NCBI GenBank assembly: GCA_002104905.1
Contig: MCFE01000041.1
Span: 138,279 to 202,278 of the forward strand
Length of the DNA stretch: 64,000 nt
Direction: 5' to 3'
Source of the DNA: Basidiobolus meristosporus CBS 931.73
Taxonomy: Eukaryota > Fungi > Basidiobolomycota
The notes beneath the pieces are model-generated. The model saw nothing but the letters and a program-made list of their open reading frames with translations. It did not search any database and was not told the origin of the DNA. Each line of letters starts with the position of its first letter. Within the stretch, counting starts at the first letter, position 1. Positions 1 to 11,133 of the stretch are shown piece by piece. The position numbers and the translations under genes are program-made.

Positions 1-349
1 TATGAGGAATAGAAAGAATTGGCTCCAGATCGTTCTCCAATTAAAAGGGATTCAGAGCTTAAAGAGCTAGTTAGAGCGCATGTGTGTAGCTTCATTATTG
101 CCATTGTGAGAACCAGAGTTGACATTACTAACTGCTAAAGTTAGTTAGATGATTGGTGGGATTCAGACTTTAGCTTAAGTCAGCAATTACTATTCAAAAT
201 CACAAATCGGATCAGCTTATAATATTTAATCGAGTTGACGTTTCATGGAGAGGGGTATCTTCAACATATAGCTTGCTTTTTGGCCTTCACAACTAGCTAC
301 CTCCCATATAGTTTCCAATACCACTGACAAACACGGGTGAAAGTTAAAG

Positions 350-3279
350 ATGAGCTTTTGGTCAGATGCGTTCAATGTCTTGACAGGACAGGCTGGACAA
401 CCACAAACCGCTTCGGATACCATCGTTAAGTTGTCCGATCGTGTGCAAACCGCAACTTTGATTGAGGATCGTCGGGCAGCAGTTCTAGGTTTGAAAGGCC
501 TTTGCCGTGAATACAGAGAAGTACTCATCCTCTTTTTCACCTGTCCCTGTGGAGCTGGTTACCTAACCTTACTTGTACAGGAAGTTGGCAGCAACGGGTT
601 GCCCGGACTCATTAAAGTTCTGAACAATGATAGAGGCGATGTAGATATTATTAAAGCAACGCTCGAAACATTAAACATTCTGTGTACCATTCACAACAAG
701 GTATTCCCTCCTGTGCTTTGGTTATTGTAGTTATACTTTGTTCATGACTTTCTCATCCATAGGAGGATTTTGGCGACCTTGGCTTCAAATTTACCGAAGA
801 TTTCGTCAAGGTAAATCTATACAGGGTGTTCCACGAAATCTTCCTAGTGCTTATTTGCCAAATTGCTGAGATGTTTAGGAATCCGAAACTATCACTTCCC
901 TACTTGAGTGCCTTGAGGAGTTCGACTTTTATGTGCGGTTCAATACCATACAACTGCTCAACACTTTACTGCAAAATGAAAGCGATAGACTTCAAGAGTG
1001 CATCCTGGCCGCCCCTATGGGGATTTCCCGCTTAGTGGATTTGCTAGATGATCGCAGAGAAATCATCCGCAACGGTAACACACATAATCTTCATCGGGGT
1101 TTCATGGACACCTATCTGACGGAGATTGTTTAGAGGGACTGCTTCTGTTGACATCGTTAACTCAATCCAACACCGATATTCAGAAAATCATTGCATTCGA
1201 AAATGCATTTGAGCGATTACTGGAAATCATCTCTCATGAAGGTGGGGTGGATGGTGGGATTGTTGTCCAAGACTGTGTTCATCTGATTCAGAACCTTCTG
1301 AAGTTCAACGTCTCTAACCAGGTACTGGGACTAGGTTGTGATTAGTCGCGCTGCTTAGACGCTAACTTTTGGCTACTTAGACTTACTTTCGAGAAACAAG
1401 TTGCATTCAGAGGATCGCTCCTCTACTCAGCCCCGAGAAATCGGGCGCGTTCAACCACTATGCTCCCCTGGAGAACACCTGGCCTGAGCAAAGGGTTGCC
1501 AATGCGGTGTCTTTGTTAGGGTTGACCAGGACCCTGGTTGTTCCCAACAATATGAACACGTCCGTTAACCAGGTAACCCTACCCAAGCTCGTTAAACTTT
1601 CATTTTTTCTCACATGCTCCTTTTAGGGGGTCATCGCTCAATCCGGCCTTCTTGAAACAATCCTTGGGCTAGCGCTTAAATCAGATACGCCACTTTCCGT
1701 CAAGAGCCATGTAATGTTGAGTTGTGAACAGTACAAACCTTTGATCTACTCCTTACCTTTTTTTCTACAACTGTTATAGGCACTTTACGCTCTTGGAGAT
1801 ACCATTAGAGGCAACTCAGTAAACCAAGAGAAAGTGGCCAGCACAACCACAGTGTTCAATTCGACTGCCATCAATGCAACCGAGAATGCTTCTTCAGGGG
1901 AGCCTTCTCTTTTGCCTCCTTCACCGCCTACCCCACAATCTGCTTTGTTATCTATTACCAGTTTTGCTATCGGAAAGGCAAAGATTGAGGATCTAGCTGT
2001 ACGCTACGGTGCAACCTATGTTATACTATGCTATCTCTTTGAGAATGCCGAGGGCCAAGTTGCTCTCGCGTCCACTTTTGTGTCTCCTCCCGACGACAAC
2101 CCAAACACCGAAGCTGTCGAAAAACCTCAATCACCCGGATCATTGTTACTCTCATCTCTCATGGAATGGGAAAATGCAAAGGAAGACCCATATCAAGTAT
2201 GGTTCGGGTCTGTCATGTTGTCGCACATCTTGAAAGGTAACTCCCAGTGTAAATCATTGGCTGCCAAGATCACTTTTGGCGACGCCGAGCAAGGTGAGGA
2301 GATTATTCCGCTGGTGAACATGATCGCCTACTCCCTCACAATGGCCTCCCGTGAAAACTTCAGCACGCGGGTTATCATCGGCTATCTGGCATTGCTTAGC
2401 GTATGGACGTACGAAAGCTCAGAAACCGTAAGCCAATATCTTTCGGAGGGAGCCAACCTTCAGTTCCTTATGGAGCAGATTGGGCATTCCCACGGCGTTG
2501 ATGCTTCAATCCAAGGCCTTTCGGCATTTCTACTCGGCATACTCTATGAGTTCGATGACGACCCAGAATCATCTTTCCCTAGAGAGGTACTTCAACCAAT
2601 CGTTCTGAAGAGAGTTGGTGTGGACTTGTTTGTGAACCATATCAATCGTCTCCGTGAATCGAAGTTGCTCCAGAATGTCTCCCCCGGATTCCAAGTAGAG
2701 ACCGACGACAACGGGCAAATCACCTCGGAGCTGCTGTTTGAGCATTCGTTTGTGGAATTTTTCAAGGCCAATTATGAACTGATTCAGAAATCCATCACTG
2801 TCGATCCCAAAGCTAAGGCAGCCAAGAGCAAGAATGCCAGCCCGACGATCTCAAATGACGAAGTAGAACTCTATAAGAAAACCATCACCGAACAGACCGA
2901 AGAGATTGAAAGGCTGAAGCTGAAGATTCAAGAGCTTGAAGCTGCTTTGGAGCAGCAGAAGTCCACCTACGAGGATCAAATCAATGCACTCAACACCAAC
3001 CTCGAGACCTTGGGCCAGAGTTTGGACGAGCAAAACTCCAAATACAAGGTTCTGGAGCAGGAGAGGGACGATCTTTTGGTTTGTTTAGCTGATCAGGATA
3101 ACACCATCAAGTCTTTTCAAAATCATGTGGAAGACGATGACCTAGAGCCATTCCCTTCCCTCGATGATGATGAGGAAAAGGAAATCCCAGCTTCAGAAAA
3201 GACTGATGACATCAATGAACAGCAACCAGCTACAGAGGTGGAGAACACCGACCAACAAGATGCCACCGAGTTGGTCTAA
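350..3279 (+). CDS. USO1: Uso1/p115 vesicle-tethering protein (multi-exon, about 7 introns)
   Basis: Spliced exons give QTASDTIVKLSDRVQTATLIEDRRAAVLGLKGL, RFNTIQLLNTLL, MGISRLVDLLDDRREIIRN, NTDIQKIIAFENAFERLLEII and DGGIVVQDCVHLIQNLLKFNVSNQ (Uso1/p115 armadillo head). These are followed by a coiled coil, the LEQERDDLLVCLADQD motif and an acidic tail. Introns are GT-AG. Confidence 0.92.
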
Positions 3280-3539
3280 TGTATGCGATCACTTACTTTG
3301 GGCTTTTTCATTCAGCCCATGCTTTAATGCTGCCCTCTCGCCATTGCTCGATCCAGTAATCGTCGATTCGTAACCACATTCATGTTGGCTTTGTCAATCA
3401 CCCATCAGCCTCTCTAATATTATCAATAAATTGCTGAAGCTTTCACAACATCGGGTGACGGTGGCTGATCACCACTAGATTTAATGGGAATATGAATCGA
3501 AATCAAATGACGAGTATTTGGAGGGAAGACGAGATAACC

Positions 3540-4689
3540 CTAAAGAGTAGTTGAAGGGGTTTTCGCTTTTTTCTCTGCTAGTGCTTTGCGGATGCGGTAG
3601 TTGTATACGGTCTCCTCCTTCCCCTCTTTGAAAGCGGCAAAACGAGCAGCATTAAACAGGAAATCGCTTAAGCTAGAGACAGCCATGTTAATCGTATTAC
3701 TGGAGAGCAGGAAAGTTTTCAAACTTGCCGATTCAAATATTTTTGAGTGCTCCGATCAGCCGAATTGGAAGCTACCAGGGGGACAACTCGTCTTTCTGCG
3801 CGTCTACATATGCTTCTCGCAACATGCAAGGAGGACGAAGCACGACCACCAGACTAACAGGCAATTGGATCAGTTAAATGTTGGCCAGGTTGAGCTCGAA
3901 ATAAGCAACCAACAGGTAAGATGAAAAGCTGTAATGGGGGGAGCTGGTCATCCAATTCATCGATCCATCTTTCAAGCTCCGCCACCAGTTCACCATCCGC
4001 ATCAAATTCGGTTCGATCTATGAACATGGTTAGTGAGGAACTGGAGCACATTGACAAGTTAAACACACTTGCTTAGTCGTGCTGGGTTGGCCATATCGGA
4101 TGACCTTGGGGTGGCGATATTACCGCCGATATCCTGGATGCTATATTGTACCTATAAATTACGCATCAGTAAGAAACAGCACTTTGTTACAAAGGCAACT
4201 CAACCTGGTACCAATTTCAACTTTTCGCTTAATCCATTCTGTTGCTCATCACAGAACTCTCGAGCAAGTCTTTGATTGTGCGCAGTGGCGAATTAGTTCA
4301 CGATTGTGTGAGTACGACAATGGAAATACCAGGTGACTCACCCTATGTAGGAGGTTAGCTCATCGGTGGTTCCTAATGCCTCAAAGACGGCATCGTCTTT
4401 TGGACGTCTTTCACCGGTAAAAAGAGCGGAGGTGCCTAGTTGAAGATGTTCTCTTTGAGTATTGGCAACTTCAGGATACAAAGACATGCATGCGGCTTAC
4501 CTTTATCTCCGGTTTTGGTGTAAATCTTAATCTTGCTCTCTGCAAGACTGCAAGAGTCTCAAACAATAAGCCATGGAAATGGAGACATTCCAACAACCTG
4601 TAAAGCACTTACAAGGAGCTTCCGGAGAAATATCTTGCCTGGATGTTGTTTACCCTGGGTAATATGCGGGGTAGAGTGTTTCTAAGCAT
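3540..4689 (-). CDS. MMAB: ATP:cob(I)alamin adenosyltransferase (PduO/MMAB type) with N-terminal mitochondrial presequence; 8 exons
   Basis: Spliced minus strand: [132 protein letters not shown]. All hallmark PduO motifs are present ([38 protein letters not shown]). Confidence 0.93.
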
Positions 4690-5925
4690 TCCAAGGGTTA
4701 ACAACGAGAGGAGAGCACACTGCACCAAACACTACGTCACTTTGCTATGTATTCAGTAGTTTTCCCACGCCTGGCATATAATCACCCATCCAGTTGCCGG
4801 TGAGAATTTAGTAAGGAGCCAGGTTTCGATTGCAATGGGCCCATATAGATCTAACTGATGTCGGATATTTGAAAAGGGGACAAATAAAAGGGGAATATAT
4901 GTGATCTTTCTACGGGGTTAACAACTGAGGAGTCATCCTAATGCGATCGAATGCATTAAACCCTGCGATGAACCCCACCCGATGGGTAATCAGGATACGA
5001 AGATAGGCACGTGGTGTTTCGGATCACCCCACACCGCATCCCATCCCGATTCTACCAAAGTATCGGTTTTCTAACAATAATGGCATGATATGGGCCTGAT
5101 ATTGATAACTATAATTTCGGGTCATACCCGCCTCGGAGAATCAAGCTTAGATGAGTGTTTCCAGTCTGACTGCTGGAAAATTGCGCGATAATCTCGAAGA
5201 TCAACCGACAATTCCAGATAATCTATCAGGTTAACCCCATGTTTACACAGATAGAACATGGATGCCCCAAGGCATCAAATGTACTACATCCACATGTACC
5301 AACATAGAATGGCTGATCTGGTTCCAACGTTCCTTAGATAAGCGAGGCCATTGCTTTCCTTAAAGAGCCCGGAAGTTTGAAATTTCGTAATTGTGAATCC
5401 AACCTTGTGTTTGATGAGATGTTGTTGGTATGCTCGTCGACCTGGTGTGTAACTCTTCATTGATTATATCTGGCCGAACGCAGATTGGGGGAGATTGATA
5501 TTTCGCCCATTTTCACCTCGTGTTCGCCCAGTCTATGGGACGGTCCATTCCTTACTGAGAAAATTTTGGTGGCACTTTGTGCGTTTCCCATATTTTATCT
5601 TGTAGGAATTACATGAGAAGCGAACAAATATATTACATGCCTTGGAAGATGAACACATAATCCTCTCTAAAGTCCGTTAGCTTTTATGCGTGTAAGACGA
5701 TGAAATAAGATGGCGGCAAGAAGCTATCTAGGGAAAGAATTAATCATTATTGGAGCGGGGAATAACTGGGGCCTTCTAGTGTTGAAGTTTGAAAGAAACG
5801 AACCACCAAGCAGATAAAACTCTTACAAAATGTCAGTGAGGTTGACAGATCTCTACGCTTGGGCTGGGTAAACCGAGATGGAGATATGAATCTCGGCTAT
5901 CGAGCGGGGCTCTAGCAAAGCCATT

Positions 5926-6989
5926 TTAATTTGATCCTGAGGCAGTTCCGCTTCGCTCGGAATCTGAACTGGTCACATCATTAAAGTTGATGGTTGGAAT
6001 CAAGTCTGCTACGTTGGGCATGATACTGGAAGCAATCGCAACCAGCAAAAGTGTTTGGGCGCGCTGTCTTTCTACTCTTTCCCTTTCCCTGCGCTCCCTG
6101 CGTCTTTCTTGACGTTCTCGGCGGCGCTCGTTCTCGAAACGGCTTTGCTCCAGCCTTTCCTCCCATCTCCGACGCTCTTGGACTTCCCTACGAAGCAAAT
6201 CTACTATCTCTGTGAGCAAGGCGTTTGGTGATACCTCTTCACTTTCTGACTCTCTTCTACGCTTGGTACTACTGATCGGGGCATAGTCGGATTTAGTGGG
6301 TTCTCGTGGTATTGGCTTGTAAAGGTGGGCTGGCATATGTGAGTGTGAATATTGTGGGGATTGACCCTTGTGATTGATAGAGTGTGAAAGAGGAGGCGAG
6401 TAAATTGACATGCTGGGTGAATAGCCTACAGGTGGAGGAAGATTAACATGCTGCGAGGATTGCATGACCGGTCCGTGGTCGTGTAAAACGTTGGTGGCCG
6501 GGGTAGGTGAAGGCGGGTACGACGCGTTGACGGAGTCTTCCGTAGAATGTACGGGAGAATCTCGAAGCGGGCCTTGTTTGGCAAGAACCTCTTTTATTAT
6601 GTCGTAGAAAGGGAAGCTGCGAAGTTCTATGTCTCTTTGTGTTTCGGTTCTCTATGAAAAAAAGAAAATGTTATTACAGGAAGCATGAATTGACCGGTTT
6701 CAAGAATGAAGTCATCAAGCAGGTCCATTGTCATTGAAAAATACCGAGGCATGTTTTCCAGAGAGGAGGTAGAGACACGTACTTTGAATTCCGAGAGTAG
6801 ATTTTTCCATTTCTCTTTGCACTGTTTGTCCGTTCTGTGAAAACCGCTGTTTCTCATTTGGTCGGAAATCTTTTTCCAAAGTGGAGCATTTCGCTTCATA
6901 CTTGCAAACTCACCCTCCATATCTCTTCGAAGCTCAATGAGCAATTTTGTTTCGGCAGTCTCCCAAGATCTTCCAATCGTGGTCATCAT
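5926..6989 (-). CDS. Trihelix (GT-1-like Myb/SANT) DNA-binding protein with C-terminal coiled coil; one ~170-nt intron (~6612-6781)
   Basis: WETAETKLLIELRRDMEGEFASMKRNAPLWKKISDQMRNSGFHRTDKQCKEKWKNL carries the three-Trp trihelix signature. After the intron comes the typical FPFYDIIKEVL helix, a Pro/Ser/His-rich linker and an Arg/Glu-rich coiled coil. Confidence 0.82.
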
Positions 6990-7730
6990 GAGGGAGAAAC
7001 AGACAATATTAAGTGTGCTGAAGGTATTTCGTGAGCGCAGTAGTCAATAATACTAGTCAGATAGATGAAACAGCAGGAAGGTGGTCTAGGGGAATACAGC
7101 GTTGTGTCAAATAGAATGGCGTTGTAAATGAACAAATCTCAACCCAGTAAACCGGGCCTGATGATTTTAAGAGGGGACTTTGAAAAACTGTCGAGATGTG
7201 CAGCTTTTAAACGAATGGAACTGATCCCCTCTCCCCCGTTACAAAATTTCATGTGCGATCATTTTATTATCACTCGGAACCAACCATTTCCAATCTCAAT
7301 CATATTTTGCTTCTCGTTCGTTCGCTCTGTTCAATACTCCTTCCATATATGGAATATTTAATCAAGCGTATCCGTTGGTAGACCAATGTATAAGCGAACA
7401 ATATATGCATAGTATCTGAGCGCTTTGATACTTGTCAGCCTTGTTTTGTATGGGTATTTGGATGCTCGATTGCCCTATTTTGTTGATCAATAGCCAAGTT
7501 TCCAATCGCTTAGTTGCTTCACCACTAGCTAGGTTTTTAAGCTTCAGTTAAAGAAAACTCTGGCCTAACCTAACCATTTCAAGGGGTTTGCATCGAGCAC
7601 TGTACTACCGTTCGTGTCATACAATCTACACCGGTCCAATGAAGTCTTTTGAGAGTAGAGAGCGGGCTCCAAACTGTGTTTTCCCTTCTAGCAATATCCG
7701 CTACATCGACTCTTCAATTGCTGAGTGGGC

Positions 7731-7757
7731 GAGGGCTAGGGCTAGGGCTAAGGCTAA
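7731..7757 (+). repeat. Short degenerate hexamer tandem repeat (TAGGGC)n
   Basis: GAGGGC TAGGGC TAGGGC TAAGGC TAA, read directly from the sequence. Confidence 0.6.
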
Positions 7758-8252
7758 CAAGCCAACCAGGTTATCAGAAAGCAAGATTGAAACCTCATAG
7801 ACTACAGAGTGGTCGTATTGGTAATGCCTAAGTTGACTTCATTCAGCCACGATTTGCCTTTTCTGAAGTTGGGTAGGATTTTGTGTTTTTGTGACTGGCC
7901 AATGAGGATGGCCGTTTGATGCGTATAAATGCTGGGTGATCCATGAACCACTCGGTGGTTTTCGGGGCAATTGATCTGAACATCTTGCCACTTGACTAAT
8001 GAGCCATACTTGGCGAATTTTATGAGCCCTGTTGCTTCATCATATCTTTGTATATTTGGTTATATTGGGTTTTGGCCGTCTGACCAGATCCCCATCATCT
8101 TTCAACCACGTGAACTCACGTAACAAGTCTGAGGTTACCCAAATGATAGCGAAATCGTCATGACCTCCATCTTACAGAGCGCACTACTTCAATATGGCTA
8201 TCCTGGGTTTTCCAGCAATAACTACTGAATTATACACGAGCATCTATCCCAA

Positions 8253-9008
8253 TTGGAGACTGATGTGCTCACTAGAAACTTGCGCAGGTTTAAAGTGAGG
8301 AATTTTCAGGCATGGCCGATTGCCCTACTTTTTAAACAGGGTTTACATTGGATTGGTGGCATCCGGGAATACGCAGTTATATGTCAAGCTGATGAAGTGT
8401 TCAGCAACACTGATACTACTCTATTCTTCGACGCAAGCATAGACGGATTTTTCGGCAATACAGGAAGAAGTTTCTTAAATTTGAGGAGTGGGCTGGATTG
8501 GATAAATGTAAGCGCTCACCAGAAAGTAAGTGTTTGCCCCTGTGGTCACGTTTATTCAATCCAGATGATGGTGTGTCGGCTTAGTATCATTGGCCACTTG
8601 TTACATATGACAAGTTCAAACCATAGGAAAGTTTCTTCAGAGCTCTTCATACATGCCAGAAATTTTGGATCGACCGCCGTGCTGAATATGTTTGAAGAGC
8701 CACGGCCTAGGGTACAAAAGTATCTTATGGCAAAAGTCAGGAGCAAAAATAAGCCTCTCCGATCCATCATAGCTGTAGTTGTCAATAAGCTTTATAGTGG
8801 CAGTAACGTTACAGTCCCTATAACAGCAGTTCACAAATCTCCAAAAGATAAGCGAAACTGTGCAGAGACACAATGCAAAGTAAATTCCGGGAGTATCATT
8901 TTTAAAGAGGCTAAAGCCGTCATCACCGGACTCTTTGCGGCAAAATCTTTATCTGATCAAGGCTCCTTTGAGAACACCGGTATGAAATGCATCTATGTAT
9001 CTATATGA
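8253..9008 (+). CDS. Uncharacterised 251-codon ORF (possible orphan gene or young pseudogene)
   Basis: About 750 nt without a stop, while the in-register antisense frame has many stops. An in-frame ATG at 8160 is cut off by a single TGA at 8226. No family recognised. Confidence 0.3.
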   Translation: METDVLTRNLRRFKVRNFQAWPIALLFKQGLHWIGGIREYAVICQADEVFSNTDTTLFFDASIDGFFGNTGRSFLNLRSGLDWINVSAHQKVSVCPCGHVYSIQMMVCRLSIIGHLLHMTSSNHRKVSSELFIHARNFGSTAVLNMFEEPRPRVQKYLMAKVRSKNKPLRSIIAVVVNKLYSGSNVTVPITAVHKSPKDKRNCAETQCKVNSGSIIFKEAKAVITGLFAAKSLSDQGSFENTGMKCIYVSI

Positions 9009-11133
9009 CGAGTGCGATAAGATCCATCCGATATGGGCTTAACGATGCTCGTAAGCATGACCTGAACGCTCAATAGAACTATTCGATCGACTAGGGTGGA
9101 CTTGTGTCCTGCGCGAATTCGGAACGCTCCAGTGGTGGCTGTACCAAGATTGAGCAAGTTGTGGAATTCGTTGTAAGGGATATTGCGATCATACTGAGAA
9201 CTTCCTTACGGGGTCAGCATAAATCGCATTCCGTCGGCATAAGAAAGGATAGCCAAGGTGCCAATTGATATTCAACCCAAGTTTGCTATACTGGATGCTT
9301 GGACGAAGTTTAATGATACATTTATGTTACATAATTAAGCGAGCAAAGCAATCCATTAGATACATATTACTTTCGGGAGTTGGGCATGTATTCCACCTCA
9401 GATCCTTCCTCTAATATATAACCGGGCGACTGTGTATACAGGGTGTCTAGATTTCTTTCCTCGTTTCCTATAGAGTCTTTCTCGTCCATTACAATTTTGC
9501 TTTGTCTCTGCTTCAGATATGCGCGTTGCCTAGTACCAGTGTTAGTAGTTTCGAAATTAAATCAACAATATGCGTTGGCCTACTTCCGTAAACTGTTCAG
9601 TAGCCTGAATATCTGGAGGATGTTTCTTAACGCCATAAATACTGTGCCCGCTACCTCCCCTCTCCCTTTTGTGTGCGAACAATCCAAGAAGACTAGCACC
9701 AAAGTTGCAATGCACAAACCAACCAAGACCAGGTCAAAAATATTCATCGGAGATTTCCAAAATTTCTACCAGATCCCTATTAGATAAACGAATGCCATTT
9801 CATGGTTGAAAGTACCTTTCCATAAGTGAACATTGTAATGGTTATCTCGGTAATCATGGCCACATTCACAATAATATCCAAGACTTCGTACTCCAGACCT
9901 GGACTGTTTGCAAGAGTCAGTCGTGAAGTGGAACAACAGGCACGTCTCACTGATTACCATTCATATATCACAGACTAAGCATCAGGTAGTGTTAGTCATA
10001 TGTCTATGTTTAGCTACTATCCTCAACATACCACTATGAGAGAGCTCAATGAAAGAGCAATCATTATTAAGTACAGAAGGAGGTACGCCTTGGAATACGC
10101 AATCTGGTGAATTCGCTCTGTGGCCTTTACACCTGCGGGTGGCGCTACTTCTCTGTTGTGGCACGGGTGCGAAATACAGTGTTAGTTCTTTGACCAAGAG
10201 CGCAACACAGAAGATATCCACTTACATTGATGAACCAGACATGATCAACTAACGACGACTTGGTAAAGGATACTTATCAATGTCAGCGCATCTTTCGTCG
10301 GTACTAAGAACTCAAGCGGTTATTAAATGGGACTTGAAAGACAGTAAGCTAGGGGAGAAAACTTGATTGTTCCATTTTTTATGTGTTAATCACAGTGTGA
10401 CTGAATTTCGGAGGCTACCAACTAAAAGAAAGGGGTGCAAATGTGATGGAAGGCCTCGATGATATATTACATATTCATGTGGGAGTGCAAAAGCAAACAG
10501 CCAACAGGAGAAACAGCCACGTTATGTGGGAAAATAGTAGCATACAAATCAAGAGAATCGTAGATCATTATGGCATGGCGAAACTAGAAGAGATGAAGAA
10601 GGGGGAGCAAGGTTACCTGTGCAGAAGATTGGATGAGGCCACTCTGCATATTAATTAGCCTTGATCGTGATCACAGGCAGTGTGCTTCTGTTTATAAGGA
10701 AACTCCTTACATGTCTTTGCGACTAGTTTAATATTAGGGTTGGTCCAGGTCTGGGGAGAACTCGTAAATCTCCCACCGCCTTTTAAAGCCCTTACAAACA
10801 AGGTTAATATTATGTCCTTATGTTCACACATATACCAATGTAACAAAACCCCTATATTCACACAAAAATTCAAACCATCAGGTTTCTCGAAGGAAATGGA
10901 GTCTCGATCTGTATGAAACTGAGATAATCACTGTTTAGTTTAACTTGGAAAAAACAAAAAAATCCTTGATTTTGAATAACAACACTAAGGTAAAATAATC
11001 ATTCAGAATACTGATGGCTGCTTATTTGATATACAATATTGGGTGCTTCAGAAGCTGACTGACCCATTCCCTACTAACTCTTTATACTTCACTTCTCTAA
11101 CTTCTCTAGCAAACTCCCATAATAGTCTTCGGA

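Noticed and set aside
3601-4336. + strand ORFs (3601-3924, 4069-4275, 4079-4336)
   Set aside because: Antisense shadows of the MMAB exons, with no recognisable motifs.
9860-10250. Broken + strand reading with LLWHG (PARP-like catalytic motif)
   Set aside because: A single short motif amid stops and frameshifts, with no other PARP features.
10265-10273. Minus-strand GTATCCTTT, a perfect U12-type 5' splice site
   Set aside because: Not inside any gene I could reconstruct and no matching U12 branch point or exon frame was found; a 9-mer can occur by chance in 64 kb.
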